Part shown: positions 39,986 through 53,796 of the stretch, piece after piece
How the letters are laid out: every line of letters begins with the position of its first letter
Position numbering within the stretch: position 1 is the stretch's first letter
Origin: Catajapyx aquilonaris
Taxonomy: Eukaryota
DNA length: 64,000 nt
Reading direction: 5' to 3'
Assembly (NCBI GenBank): GCA_000934665.2
Contig: JYFJ02000229.1
Location: 1 to 64,000, forward strand
Notes under the pieces: model-generated
Database searches by the model: none
The model's input: the letters and a program-made list of their open reading frames with translations, nothing else
Told to the model about the DNA's origin: nothing
Translations under genes and position numbers: made by a program

Positions 39986-42900
39986 TAGCACTGGCAGAAT
40001 TACCTCAAGGGCACAATTCAGCCGGCAGTGGGAAAGGGGTGCGGGAATTAATGCGTTCTGCAGACATCCAAATAAGTTATCATTAGGGGCGCCTAAGATA
40101 ATTTCACGGTTCCTTCCTCGCCTTCTCTGTCCTCCACTAGAGCAGCCTAATTCCATAATTGCCACCGGCGGCGGTTTACGTATGGTACACACAGACAGCA
40201 GCATACCCGGACTACAATCCTATTTAGAAAAGCCAGCCTCCCTAGCCATCAAGCCATGATATAATGAGAAAGTTTGAGGTGGTAGGTGGATGGAAGGGCT
40301 GGGACGGGTTAGAGAGCAGGGGGGTGGAAGAAGGGCCTCGGTGAATGGACGCAGGCGATGGGCCCCTAATCTGTTGACCTAGGTTTAGCAAGGCCTGGCC
40401 CACGTTCGCCAAACACGGGCCAAGACAAAATGGAGTGCTACACGAGTGATAATGGTGGGGGTCTTTCAGGAAGTGCCTGCCTGCACTTTATTCCTATATT
40501 TTGGGTGCTAATGCCTCGCACACTCTGATAAAAGGCGTCCAAATGCTGAGATATATCGATGTTGGATGCACAAACCCACGCTTGGTATCGGGGGTTTGAC
40601 TCGTCTGATCTGATAAAACCCGGAACGGCCGCTCTCTTCCGCCTCCAATAAATACGAGCCAAATTGGTTCCATGACGCTATGGGAACCAGAGTAAATCAT
40701 TTCCATAAAGTAGAGATGGATCCTGGCCAATCCCATGGGTTCAAGTGGACGCTAATGAAGTCCACAGGTTCTAATCAATTAATTCTTTTTGAGTCCGCTT
40801 CTGGCGTGCATTTGCGCGTAATGCAGCTGCACCCTTTTATGCCCCATATTCCACCCCGGTTGGCCCGTACTCCATACCATATTGTGTTTTGCAGTTACGC
40901 CAGGAGAGTCGGTGTGTATTCCTTGAAGGTCTCGTTAATCCATTAGTCTGTCGCGTATTTTTTTCCGGTCGGAAAAGTGAGCGTCTCAGGAGGAGGCAGA
41001 ACGCGCGAGGAACGGAGAATCCAACCCCGTGTCTCTCAGGCAAAGATTCCTGCACGCAAACCCACTCAGCCAAATTGCATTGGAGTTCGTGCATGACCTG
41101 GTGAACCTTTCCTCGCCCGTCGTCCTCTCACTTGCCATCCCCCCGTGGACCTAGGCACTAAATCACCACTTTATCTCATTATATCCCGCATGCAAAAGCC
41201 CGCTCTCTTACATAAGCGCACGTTTTCTATTTGTGAGTGCGTGCTGTCCCCAACATTCACCTGTCCCACTTCATGCCTTATAGAAAGGCAGGCAGGCAAC
41301 ACTGCTTCCAACCTGCTCCGCCACTCAGAACCTCATGCAATTTTACGCCTATAACATCTCACATAACTCACAGTCTTGGCTGCTATTTTTCTTCGGACGT
41401 CAATCAGCTACGTCAGTCTCGTAATATTTCATTTTTTCATGGTTGTAGCCAGGTATTATCCACGCAGGAGTGAGTTCATAATAAATAAATAAATAAATAA
41501 AATGTTAGTGATTTGGTCTGCCATTTACTATGTCGTTGGGTTGATTTTTATTCATTTTCCAGTTTTACTACCGTACCTATAGCACCAGAGGGAGTATCGT
41601 GCATTAGAGAATGATTATTACTGACAAAGCAGCCCGCGGCTTTGTATGGACCACAACTGTATTAAGTTAATTTTCGACCTGAAATGACAACATGTTGACA
41701 ATATGCAATAGACAGTATTACAACTCAACTTCCTGCCAGTCAGTATTATTTTACGCAGTTGCCTTCACAGAGGCAAAGAGTTGATTCATAATATTACGCA
41801 GCATGGAAGATATTAGTGCCACGTCGACATCAATAAAGCACTTGAAGTTTGCGTATATTTCCGCAAGATATTGGCAACCCCCGACGTACCTAATAAAGCC
41901 TGTCGGCCTTGACAAAATTTCTCCAGAACATCAAAGGCCCGAGACATGTTATTAGTCTTATTACAGTTTACCAAGGTTATTTGCAGAACTTCATTGGAGG
42001 GGAAGGGGGTAGGAGAAGGGAGTACACACCCCCTAACCTCCGTACAGTGAGTGGGAAGCCCGAAGCAAACAAATCAAAAATGATGTGCGAAGCGTGCGCT
42101 GAAGTAAAATTACTATCAGTTAAATATGATTAGAGCTGGGAGCGCTTTCACCACTGCCTCTCCATTAATTATTTAAATACTGGAAGCCTCATAACCGTGG
42201 CACAAATCGCTCTCGCTCTCTCCTGCTGAAGTTTCTGCCAGGCACATTCCTCTCTGGAGATGAGAACCCAAGAGAAGGACTTCCACTTCATCGGAATCAT
42301 TATGAAGGGACGTTTTTGCTCATTCTTTTGTCTTTTGTTCCCCACCAGAAAGTTGAGCGAACTTGGGCGAGCTAACCAAACAATATTATTCGAGTGTAGT
42401 GGAATGCTGCGGGACCGTCTGCGTCTGGGTGTCATCGAGTTGGGAGTTAGGAGTAAGAGGAAAGAAAATTCTGAATTCAGATCAGAAGGGTGCATGGTTG
42501 GGTGGGTGGGTTGGGTGGGGTTTGGAACCTGACAGCCAGGACCTCATTTCACTAACACGGCAGTCATTTCCTGCAGCCACCAATTGGGGAAGAAAAGGGT
42601 ATAGATGGAAGGGGATGAGATGCTAACGCCTTGCTATTCTAGTCTCATTCTAGCCTTTTTCACTCAGCCTGAATATTGCTAGAAAACACTGGCAAATATT
42701 GATTGATGAAGGGAGCTAAGGAGGCGGGGAAGGAAAAATCAGTCAAAGGCTGACGTGGCACAATATGCCTCATGTGCCTCATGAACTTTTTTTTTTGACC
42801 CTCCCAGCAAAGGAAGTCCGAAAATTTTATGCTCAATAAAAGTCCCGGGCACGTCAAAGCCTGAACCCTTAGGGATGCCAATATGGGAACGTTGGAGGAG

Positions 42901-45319
42901 GGAGGTATATTTTCACTGCTCCCCAATAGTATTGCGTGGCATGCTTCCTACGCGACACAATAGCTGCTCAACCGGGTGAACCAAAACTTACTCCATAAGG
43001 CGGACAATTTCTTCCAGACCTCATGAATAGCAGTGAAGGAAATGCTCAGAGCCCATGTGAAAATAATCAGGTCACTGAAGCCGTTTATCAATTTGGGGTC
43101 ATACTGTAGCATGCTGTAGACTGCTGTCTAGACATATACATGTAGCGTCTTAAGGGAGAAAAAATGTCACAGCAATAGCGTCTTAAAATGCTGGAATTTG
43201 ATTACATTTAGCTGCCTCACAATAAAAAAACGCTGGATTCGCCGGCTTAAACTTTTCGAAAGCGCCGATCAATGCTCAACTAATCAAGAACAGCCAACTT
43301 TCGTACTCTCGAGATGTACAATGTACAATGTTGGGGGAGAAAAAAAAAACTTTTTATTCCCTCTCTCTAGCGTCCTTACTAGCTCCACCTATAGAAGAGT
43401 GATCGCTCCAAGTTTCCGCTGGAATCTATTTCGCCGCGACAATTACAAATTCAGAGAAACTCCCGCAGTGATAAAGTCTCTCCCAGCAACTACGGATAAG
43501 ATCAAGAGCATCCTGAGTCCTTATCGTCTGACGTAATGTATTGCGGCCGCAACGACCCCCTAACGCCGCAGTTTGACTGTGGCAGTCGACTAAAACACCA
43601 CTTCGACAGATTAACCAAACGCTGCCGCATGGACAATCGTCCTCTTCTTCTTATCTCTACACAGAAAAATATTATGCCACGGCGCAGAAAGATAGAGCAT
43701 GATGTTCAAGAAGAGTAGAATAACAAAAGCTGAAGATAAGCTTCATCTCAGCTGAAAAGCAGGTCTCTCGGGAACATGCGACCGTAGCCGGCAGGACACT
43801 TTGGGTTTAAGAGATAAAGCTTTACGGCTAAGAACAGTTTTACATGTTCCCTCCCAATTGTTGATGTTTATATACAGTCTTGCGCTCGTAGGTATCATCA
43901 CAATTATTGCGCTTTAGGCCACAGAAATGGGATTGAACAAGCTTGCACTCTGCATTATTTGCGACACTTTCAATTTCCTAATTACACGGTTCATTATTAT
44001 TATTGTCCAGATGCAGATTGGAAACCATTTGAACTAGGGAGCTAAATTAAATGCCCATAACGGATAGCATATGTGCATTTTAAAGCTTCAGGTTGGGTTC
44101 AGGTTATACCAACTTAAGGGAGACTCTTTGCGAAGGGTCGACAGAAAACAGGAGCTGCAAATTATTATTAGCGCTTTTTAATACTGGACTTTACGGGCAA
44201 CGATAACTTATACGCGCCGCATTCAAAGTATCTGGAGCTTTAAAAAATATTCTGTGGCTCATGCAGCGAGGCCCACTCTAGGATTTATGCTTGGGGGTGC
44301 ACCAGAGTATGCAAAATACAAGACTTGGCGTTATGAGGACCCAACTTTGACGGTCCCCAAGCTTTATTGCGGTTTCGGAAATGCAAGCTCGAAATCTCTT
44401 ACGTCGTTCAATGCAAAATGCTGACGTTTACGACCGTAATGATGAGCGTAATGTGGCCATTTTCATGGATTTCAATGGTTCCTACCACATGCAACCCTTC
44501 ATGACCATACTGTCGGCACCACCGTGTTTCTCTACGACCTACAATACCTCACCCCCCGTTGAGAGGAGCGATGGAATCGTCGATAACTGTACAGTAAAGG
44601 GCAAAAAAGGGGGATGGGGGATGTTACCACTCTGATGCAGTTTTGCAAAAACACAGTCCTACCTCAAAAATGCGGATGCCCAGGGAATGACCATAAAGTT
44701 TCATGTCTAAGAGCCCCCCCCACTTTCATACAAAGTGGTCATCTTGTTGAAAAATTCTATCGTGGCGGGGCTGGGAAACATCAGGCTGGTACGGCGTCCA
44801 CGATGATGGGATAAGGCCCAAGAAAGTTTATTGGCACAACTATACAAGGGAAGGAACAAAAAAATTGAAGGTGGTGTGAAGTATAGGAAAAGCTCTAATG
44901 CACCATCGCTTGAATAGTGACAAGTGGAAAAGGGTATCCATATTTCACTGAATTTTCTGAAACAAATTTTTTCCGCCTTGAACCTCCCCTGTTGGGGATA
45001 CTTGGGCCACTTACGGTATATCCCAGCATATTTTAAACCACAGTATGAAGTAGGTTGTGGTCAAAATCAGAATTCCGGTATAAAACAAATCTGAATATAT
45101 GCCTAACTTAAAATTTCACATGATAAGAACGTGGTTAGATTATTGATATAAAAATAGGCTCTTTGTAATTTATGCATTTTGACCTTTTGAACTATTAGAA
45201 GTACATTATTTTGTTTTTTAATGCTGTCCCGAGTAATTCTATTTTTTAAATGGATACTCCGTGATAAGCGTCATTGAGCTATTTAGGGTATCATATTTTA
45301 ATTGACCGACTTTTAATCA

Positions 45320-45690
45320 TTGCCTTTGCTGTGATGGATTTTGATAGTCGGAGGAAACGGGAGAACCCCGAGAAAACCAATCCGAACACGGAGAGAACCC
45401 ATCGAACCTCTATCCACATAAAGCCCGCTCCACACTGGCTGAGTTTCTCCGATGGGGATTTTTCCGTATGAGACACTCAGCCAGTGTGGAGCGCGTCTCC
45501 AATCCAGTTTGTGACGTCACCATGTGGATTTTAAATTTCAGCCGATTTTCAATTTTCTCCAACGGAGTCGGGCGGGATTTTTCCGTACGAGAAACTCATC
45601 CAGTGTGGAGCGGGCTTAAGTATCTTCTGTCCGATCGAACTCGGGACCTTAGAGGTGGAAGGCTGAGGCGCTAACCACTACACCGCCCTG
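45320..45690 (-). mobile_element. tRNA-derived SINE with V-domain-like body, interrupted by a MITE; 3' boundary approximate
   Basis: Head GGCGGTGTAGTGGTTAGCGCC...GAGTTCGATC; body GGTTTTCTCGGGGTTCTCCCGTTTCCTCCGAC resembles the V-SINE central motif as I recall it; no clear TSD. Confidence 0.7.
45422..45616. mobile_element. PIF/Harbinger (Tourist-like) MITE, 195 bp
   Basis: TAA TSD at 45419-45421 and 45617-45619; 28-bp TIRs AGCCCGCTCCACACTGG(C/A)TGAGTTTCTC with one mismatch. Confidence 0.9.
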
Positions 45691-48600
45691 AGTGATTATA
45701 ATTAATTATATTTACATTATGATTTTCTCCTATTAATAACGTCTGGTTGAATGTCAATATTTCTTATTAATCATAGTGTATTTGTTTAGGGCTCTTATTT
45801 CTCGCACTCATATGTAAGATATACACAATTATTGTTGACTCAGAAAAGTATTTCTATTTTTAGTTTCTTTTTAAAAGCAACCTTGTACGGGTATCGCGTC
45901 ACAAGTCACGGTCACGTCATTACATCATTCTAGTGCCATAAAAGAAACTAGTTCGTGCTAACATGATCGAACAAAATGGTTCCTACATAGACACCCCCTT
46001 TCCTGCAAGATTCCTTGCCATCCCGTTTACAAGCTGTAGGACCCAAAACATGAGCCATTTCCCGCTGCTTAACTACTTACTGTACGAATAATGTCCCTAA
46101 TTACTGTCCTTGTTGTGTTCTTACGATAGGGACTTAAGATAAATGCATTACGCAAGCTATAACGTGATCCCACCATTTGTACATGACTTTAATTGACCGT
46201 CAATGAATTGGCCCAAAATGATCCGGGAAACAAAATAATGAATTTAAAGTCTCACTTTTGACGACTACTCGACTTTACGGGTCTCAAGAGTTGGTCCTAC
46301 GAAATAAAGCCACGTAGATTTTGGATTGTACTCCCTTCATAGCCAATAGACCTGCGCTTTCTTGCCTGTACGTGTCTTCCAGCTCAGCAAAAATGGGAAG
46401 GCTGGACATCTCGTGGGAGCGGACCTCTGGTCAACTGCCGCTTTCCTATTTCTTCCAAGCCTGACAAAGAGCTCCTCCGACGGCTATTGAGGTGTAATCC
46501 ATAACTAGAAGTAATTTCTGTCATTCCCCAACGGTGCATGGCCATGATATTATCTGAACTAGATCTCAGATACCCTATAGACACTATAGATTTAAATTGA
46601 GCGGTGCCCCCTAACCGCAGTGCACTCTCTACAAGCTACATTTCTATACAGTGAGTGAACAAAAAAAATGTCTGAAAATTGTTATGGCGATTATTAAAGA
46701 TAACGTACTGACCCAAACTGTAAACGACATAGAAACGTGGATACCCTGCGCCTCATCCTGGAATATACGTTATATGATTGTATTACCCACGCATGGAACG
46801 TGTTATGCGCATCTATCATCGTGGTCTACAGCGTTAAAGATTGGGTTATCGACATTTCACACCCCTACACTTTAACCTTGTGTTGGATCATAGAGTTCCC
46901 TGATGGGAGAGTCACCTGCGGAGTTTTGATTCATCCTCAGTGGTATAAGAATGAAATTAATTGATCGTTAAAAAAATCCAGCGAAAACAAAACTAGACCA
47001 AATGTTTCCTTGGGGCATATTACAAGGCCAATGTTTAAACTACGCCGTGTCATTTTGTGATTTTTGGTCCAAACCGTCCCTGCAAATATGCAAAGTACAA
47101 CCCAATGTATGGGTAATTAAATTAGGAATTCACTTGAGAGCGGCTAATTGATGAGTTAAAAATATTACACATGATGCACTGACAACAATGGCGCACCGGG
47201 AAGAATAATGAATGAAAAATATGTCAAATATAGCCACGTACTATGCAGTCAAGTACGTCATAATGCACCTCACCAATATTCATATCATAAACCGATGAAG
47301 AAATTAGTCAATACTTGTTGCTGTCTCACTCTAGGATATATAAGCGTGTTTTTAATGATGTGTTATCTGCATATATGTATAACCCATCCCCCCCCCCAAA
47401 AAAAAATCGTTCATTTTACGCATACTTGGACACAGCTGAAATTATCTAAAGACTGACCACCGCACAGCTTTGTACAGTACTTATGACCATTGATGAAAAT
47501 AAATATAATTACACTAAATCTTCACCATACCACAACAAACGACAGTGGTTTCACAGAACTCACAGCAGTCCAAAGCTGAGTTTCAGTAGCGTTTACAGTC
47601 ACCAGACCGCAATATTACTTCATGTATATTTACAGCACAGTACATCATGAGACACTATGTGTGGTGCATGACGTGCTTTGACCATTAATACTGGCAACAA
47701 AATTTCTACCCCCATAGAGCAAACAGATCTACATTGTTTTTGATCCTGTACAGTACAAGGACCAAAACAAAATCCGTCCAATAACACGTCAAATGAAGAG
47801 CAGGGCACTTGAATGATCGTATTAAAGCCAAAGAAAACGTAGAGTGTGTTTGTCGGGTAGTGAAGTCGACGAAAGATCCTTTGTGTAAAATAATGATTCC
47901 CGACTTGGTTGTGCACCAAAAACTCTTAGCGGTCGGAAATGCGTCTCCGGGAGTACTCCCGCACTGTACTACTCTCTCGTCAAGTTACCAAGAAAGGGAA
48001 TTTAGTGAGGCAGAAACTTTTCTTGGATCCGGAGACGGAGGATACGGAAAGAAAGGTCCGAGACATGGCAGAAAAAAGTGAGAGGAAATCTCAGCACTGA
48101 ATTGAAAAGTGGAAGAAAGATGAAAAGGATGCTGACGGGGGAAGGGAAAGGAAAACAGAAACAAATGATCAAAGACAATGCCATGTGGAACGAATGCAGT
48201 GCCACTATACTTAAAAAAAAGAAAAGCCAGTTGATGTCAGACTGAAATGTCGCTGTTGAAAAATAAATATTTGATACAATTTGACTTTAAGGTAGCTGAA
48301 CTGTGCAGATTTAAACAATGCCTGTATGCTACTATTACTACTGTATTACAAGCAACATCAATGATGAACATTGTTAGAGTCACAAACCGTGCAAAAAAAT
48401 CATGCCTGTCTGGCTCCAGTAGTCGTGTTCATTTTTATTAAATTACAACAGTATTATTAATTTTGATACTGTTTAATGTAATACACATTTGAATAAAACT
48501 TTTCAAAAGAATGTCATTTTCCTCTCACACACCGTTCCGAGCTGCTGCTGAATTAAAAATATTATGTCCATATTAGCTTGAATATGGTATATTCGCTCTG

Positions 48601-50599
48601 TAATGCGGCATTGTCTTTGTGAATCATACCAAATCAGCCGCATATCAATTTGTATACATTCATAGTAAATAACTTTTACAATCGTGCAATATTTTTTAAA
48701 AAAATCAAGAAACGTCCGTCGTGTCAAAAACATGACTGACAGCATCCGGCTAGATCAGACATTTTGCATAGATACGGCAACAGCGGACGCAGACGAGGCT
48801 GAAAGGGAATAAAGCAGAGGAGGAGGGGGATGGGGAGGAGCTACTCACTCCTAGTTCAGTAAATTCTGCGACTGGAAGTCTGGGAGGAGATATCATTATC
48901 TGACTAGAGCTTCTGTAGGAAACAAATACCTCGAGACAAGGAGGAGGCGAAAGTCTTTCGTCTTCCTTCTTCTGATTAGCCTGCATTACGGGGGCCGAAA
49001 AGAATATAGCATATTCCCGGGGGGTTGCCAGATTTATTCCCGTCCGCCCTGCGCGAAGTAGCCTAGGGTAATAAATCGTCCATGGTGCTGGCCAAGTTTC
49101 ATGACTTCCTGCTTGCAATGCCAGCCTCTTCCGATAACCGTAAGATTTCTCGCGCGTCCCAAAACTCCACCGAGCCGACATTTCTTTGCAGAAACTCCTA
49201 GCTACCGCCACTTTCTTGCATTCGCTGGTATATTAAGGAAAGGGGGGTGAAATCATCTGGGATTTTTCACTCCGGCTGACAGATGGCGGCCGAGATACTC
49301 GGGGCCCCAATTGTGCTGCGGCCGTAAAAATGGGGTAAGGGAGGAGGGGGGAGGGAGGGACTAGGCAGTACCAAATTCGCACACGATACGACTGCAGAGA
49401 CACTAGGGGGTCTCCATTCCTGGCTTCTCCACCACCTCACACTTCCTGTTCCTACTTGAAATACTGGCATAGCCCGATTATTACGCTTTCTATCTTCCTC
49501 CGGACCTTAATGGACTGCCTGGATGACCCAACCACGACTCTTCCTCAACTAGAAAAAAAAACCGGATCTTGAAGGAAAATAATAAAAATAAAACATGCAA
49601 TGTTGTATATGTGCCACCTTGCGTGATGTTTGTTCCTTTTTCATGGCTGGTTACATTTATGGGACGCTCGGAATAAAATTACGATTTTCGCCAGATTCTT
49701 CAGTGCGAAATGAGGCAGTGTCATGCAGCATAGAATTCGAAACGAGCAGAGGGATGCAACAAGAGTCACGGACCTATCAGGATAAATCGGCCACAAATAA
49801 CTCAAGCCTGAGAAGAAACGGACAAAAAAAAAACCACACATATGTATATCTGCCCCTCCCCTTTATATATATCCTTGGTAGGCCTACTCAGTATTCCTTT
49901 CACACTTTCCCTCGTTTGCCGTAAATTCAGAGTGTCAGAGTCGCCAGTCATCACGGCCAGTCATGCAATATGTCACCGATTAACATACGACGGCAATTCT
50001 GGCCGAGAGTGACAAACGTTTCCTGTCCAAAAACTTTCTTTCCTCATCCCAAGTGAGAATTTTGCTCCCGTCATCTCAGCAAATTTCCGGGGAGATTGCT
50101 TCTTCCGGAGATTAAAAGAAAGAGCAAAGAAGAGTGGATTTTCTCCCACACCCACGTCTCTGAATTTGTCCAGGAATCAGCTTACCCTGCCAACAGTCTG
50201 GAAGCTGCAGGCTGGGATGGAGGGACATATAACCTATAGACAGCTGTAGGACCTATAGGCTACCAGGAGATGCGACCAGCTGATCCATCTCGGGAGCCTT
50301 AATATGTTACTCGCCTCCTTTCTTAGCTCAGATTATTAGCAATCATGATCGATACTCTAATGGTTTTTGGCGTGCACCATTTTGCAGCAATATAGGTTTT
50401 CTAGCAAGAACGCTACAGTTCTTCTTGTCACAACGTTCACATCAACTGTCCATTATGAAAATTGCGAATTGATAACTCTACATATACAGTAGGCTATATA
50501 AAATAGTTTACAGTTTAATTACGTAAGAACTGGTTCATTCGTATGCAGGAAAAGTCATACAGGATTATTCCACCATGCTAAATAAGTTACACCACACCA

Positions 50600-50764
50600 G
50601 AGTGTTCCACTGTGCAGTCGATTGCACCGAAATGGTACCGATGTTTTGCGGGTGACGTCACGTAATTCGAATGCTCATGCCTTACACCAAGCAATTCGGG
50701 ACATCATCGGCATAAAATTGCAGGCAATGGTGGTGCAATCGATTTCACAGTATGAAAGGAACTT
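50600..50764. mobile_element. Degenerate MITE-like element, possibly Harbinger-type; ends approximate
   Basis: ACTGTGCAGTCGATTGCACC (50609-50628) vs GGTGCAATCGATTTCACAGT (50732-50751), 18/20 inverted match. Confidence 0.5.
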
Positions 50765-53700
50765 GAGGGAATAAGCCACATATTTGAGCATACTGTGTTA
50801 TTTTCTCCGGACCAAATTATCACCAGTGGCCATCATGGTTGAGAATAAGCGCGATTAAAGCATGGTTAGGTATTTCGGCAAAATAGGAAAAAAATGCTGA
50901 TTTCGAATATGTGGCCAGTTTTCGAATTTGATCGTAGGCCTACTACAACACACGTGTCTACTACGACAAGCATAGCCGTCACCTCAACACAACAACAGAG
51001 ACGAAAGACAGCCACAAAGACGCCCATGTGAACCCAGCTCGATCGTCAATGGGATCAATTCTGTGTGATTTTATAGTCTATTAGTAACATTCCAATCTAG
51101 TGTATTATTAGTAGCTGACATTTTTGACCACTTCTCGAGGGCGTGGGTCAAAGATTTTTAGGTGCAGTGTGGACCCATAAGTAAGTTATACTTTTATTTT
51201 CCATTAGGTGCCCACTGCCCCTCAGAGGTGAACTTTCCAATGGTATAAGTAAAGGATTTCCTTTAGAAACCTGTTTCAGACGCTTCTAATGACATTATTC
51301 GTCTCTTATAGCATTTTCTACGGATGGGCATTCACCATATGAAGGACGGTATGCCATAAAAACTATTTCATAAAAATTGACAGATTGGGCCATATTGCAT
51401 TGCGGTCTTCAATTGGTGGATTGTTTTCTGATTTTGAGGCCCGACTTCCCAAAATACCGAACCCTGCCTTTCTCATACTTTGTCGTGCAGTCAACCATGT
51501 CCATGTCCACACCTTCCTCAAGATTATTAATTTTCCCGCTTTAATCTATTGCTGCTGTTCACATTGGGAACATCTGTTCCCAATAAGGCCGACAGGACGA
51601 AAGCAATTGCCTTGTAACAGCCGTATTAATGGCTAGAACACCAAAGGACTATACGGAGTGGTCAGTGTAACTCCCACAGTTGCTTTGGATACGGCGATTA
51701 CTTGGCTTTTCCTAAACAAGTGTGCATAATTTTTTAAAATCACAGCATTAGTGTATAGGGAATATCCTACAGGTTGCATAGCCCCAGGAGATATCTGGCC
51801 AAAACTTTTTTTGATAATAGCACATCTACACATTTTGCACATGAAACATGACTCTTTAATCTTCCATGCCCTGAATGACTTTCTTCTCCTTCATTTTTGA
51901 GCCTGTGAAGTCGGCTTGAAGGTAAAGGGTTTTTGGGCGCCCTGACAGACTTTCATTTCAAGTGTAGAAGCACTTCCCTGTTAGATAATGAAGGCAACGG
52001 CTCTCCAGAATCGCTTGTATACCGAAGGATTATTGCCGACGCAGCTTTTCTTCGGCAAAGAGTTTTACAATGGTCTCGCAATTCCTCAGGCTGTAACATC
52101 GAATCTGTATGCCCACGATGCGTTTACATGAGCTACCTAAACAAGGTTACATCCGTCCGCATGATTTTAAAACCCCTTAATACCTATTCTCAGCAATGAA
52201 AACCATTTCACGCCTCTCCTACAGCGACACTTGCACTGCCCGATTATTGAACTAATCCGCTTTTCCTCGCTCCGAATGCTAATAAGGAGATATGGTGTGG
52301 TCACTGCAGTTGTTTCTTCATACAATCCGGCGACTACTCAGATTTAGCCCCAGTGCATGTTAATCTAAGCGCACAAAACTGTTGTCGTGCGCCCAGTTGA
52401 ATATTTTAACCGCTTCAGGGATTCACTTTTTTATTCGCTTTTTTTGGGTACGGTGGTGGAGCTTTGCTCCTCTGGGCACCGTGGACGCCCTACTTTACAA
52501 TTGATCTTTGTCCACGGTGTTGCACTTCAAGTGTTATTGCGTAATCCGCTGAAAAAAAATTTGGGCCGAAAACTAACATGCAAAGGTGAGCTGTAAATTA
52601 TAACTTATGTTTAGGATGAGTGGAGGATTTGGCAGCTGTTGCCACTTGTGGGTATCATTTTTACTACTCGGATTACCTTCGTAACGGCTGCAAGAAGCAG
52701 GGCCAATCCTATGCTGCTGCGGTCTTTACGACGGCATTAAAATCCGTCTAACGAAATATCATTTTTTGGGGTCCCACATTTCCAGCAAGGATCATTCACG
52801 ACTTCTTAAATGACTTTTCAAAAAAAAAAACAGCCAAGTTTTTCCAACTACATTAAATCTCCGGGTGATCCCAGCAAAAGATCCCAACCTGCCAATTTTG
52901 CCACACTACATTTTCCTTCTCCTTGACTCAAAACTCGTTACAGAAACTTGGTAGACTTTGACACCTTCAAGCGGTGACCGAGTAATAATCGCCCTCCCAC
53001 TAAAGTTTGAGGCCCGGCATAAAGCAGCCCTGATATCTACTGTTGAATCTGCAAACATCCTATTTCCCACCGAAGTCCCTCTTCTTCTTCTTCTTCTTCC
53101 AGCAGCTCCTAGTTTAATCAGGTCTGAAAGTGCGGAAAGTGGGACGGTATTAGCTTAGATCCGTCGGGGTGGTTGTAATGCTAATCGAAGGAGACTGTGT
53201 GTCCTTGAAGGTAGTTATCGAGCGCTTAAATGCCTCGAACATTGAAGAGAGCCGTGCTCTTTTCTCATGGGCCCGGATCTGGAGGAATGCGAGCCCCTTA
53301 ACAAGCCGGCTTGCTTCTAATAAGGTGAGAGTAAGGAATAAGAGGTGACTGCAAAGTCGCTGCTTATGAAGTGTCTTTTACCCCCCACCCCCTTTGCAGC
53401 CAACCCTCTTCCTTCCTCCATGCTGCTGGGAATGTCTTTGCAAAGAGACCGATGTAGTTGTGGCAATTAAAGCAGGTGCGAAGAGGGGAAGTGCGAGTGG
53501 GTTGTGCTTGGAATGAGCCGAGTTTCCAAAGTATCTAGCTCTGAATGGCACCTACAGGCTCACGACTCCACGACTCTATACGTATTCAGCTAAGTCTGCG
53601 TCGTCCCACAGGAAAACGCTCCCAAAGCAACACCTACTTGTCTCTGTAGTTATACGGAAGAGCTTGGGCCGTGCTATTCAAGACACTTGATGCTTACAAT

Positions 53701-53796
53701 ATTCGGATTCAACGTGCATGAATGAGTTGACAAGAATGATGGACAAAGGAAAGACCCAAAAAAGCTGAAAAAGACTAGAGACAAGGATAGACTCAC

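Noticed and set aside
48750..49211. 153-aa intronic ORF; similarly 28314..28760, 1130..1621, 1522..1956 and 17492..17938
   Set aside because: Low-complexity or random-looking translations, no motifs and no supporting exon chain.
53678..53796. Hydrophobic extension [22 protein letters not shown] in ORF 53678..54190 that looks like a TM helix
   Set aside because: Lies beyond a consensus GTGAGT donor whose phase matches the next exon; most simply T-rich intron read-through. A retained-intron isoform cannot be supported without transcripts.
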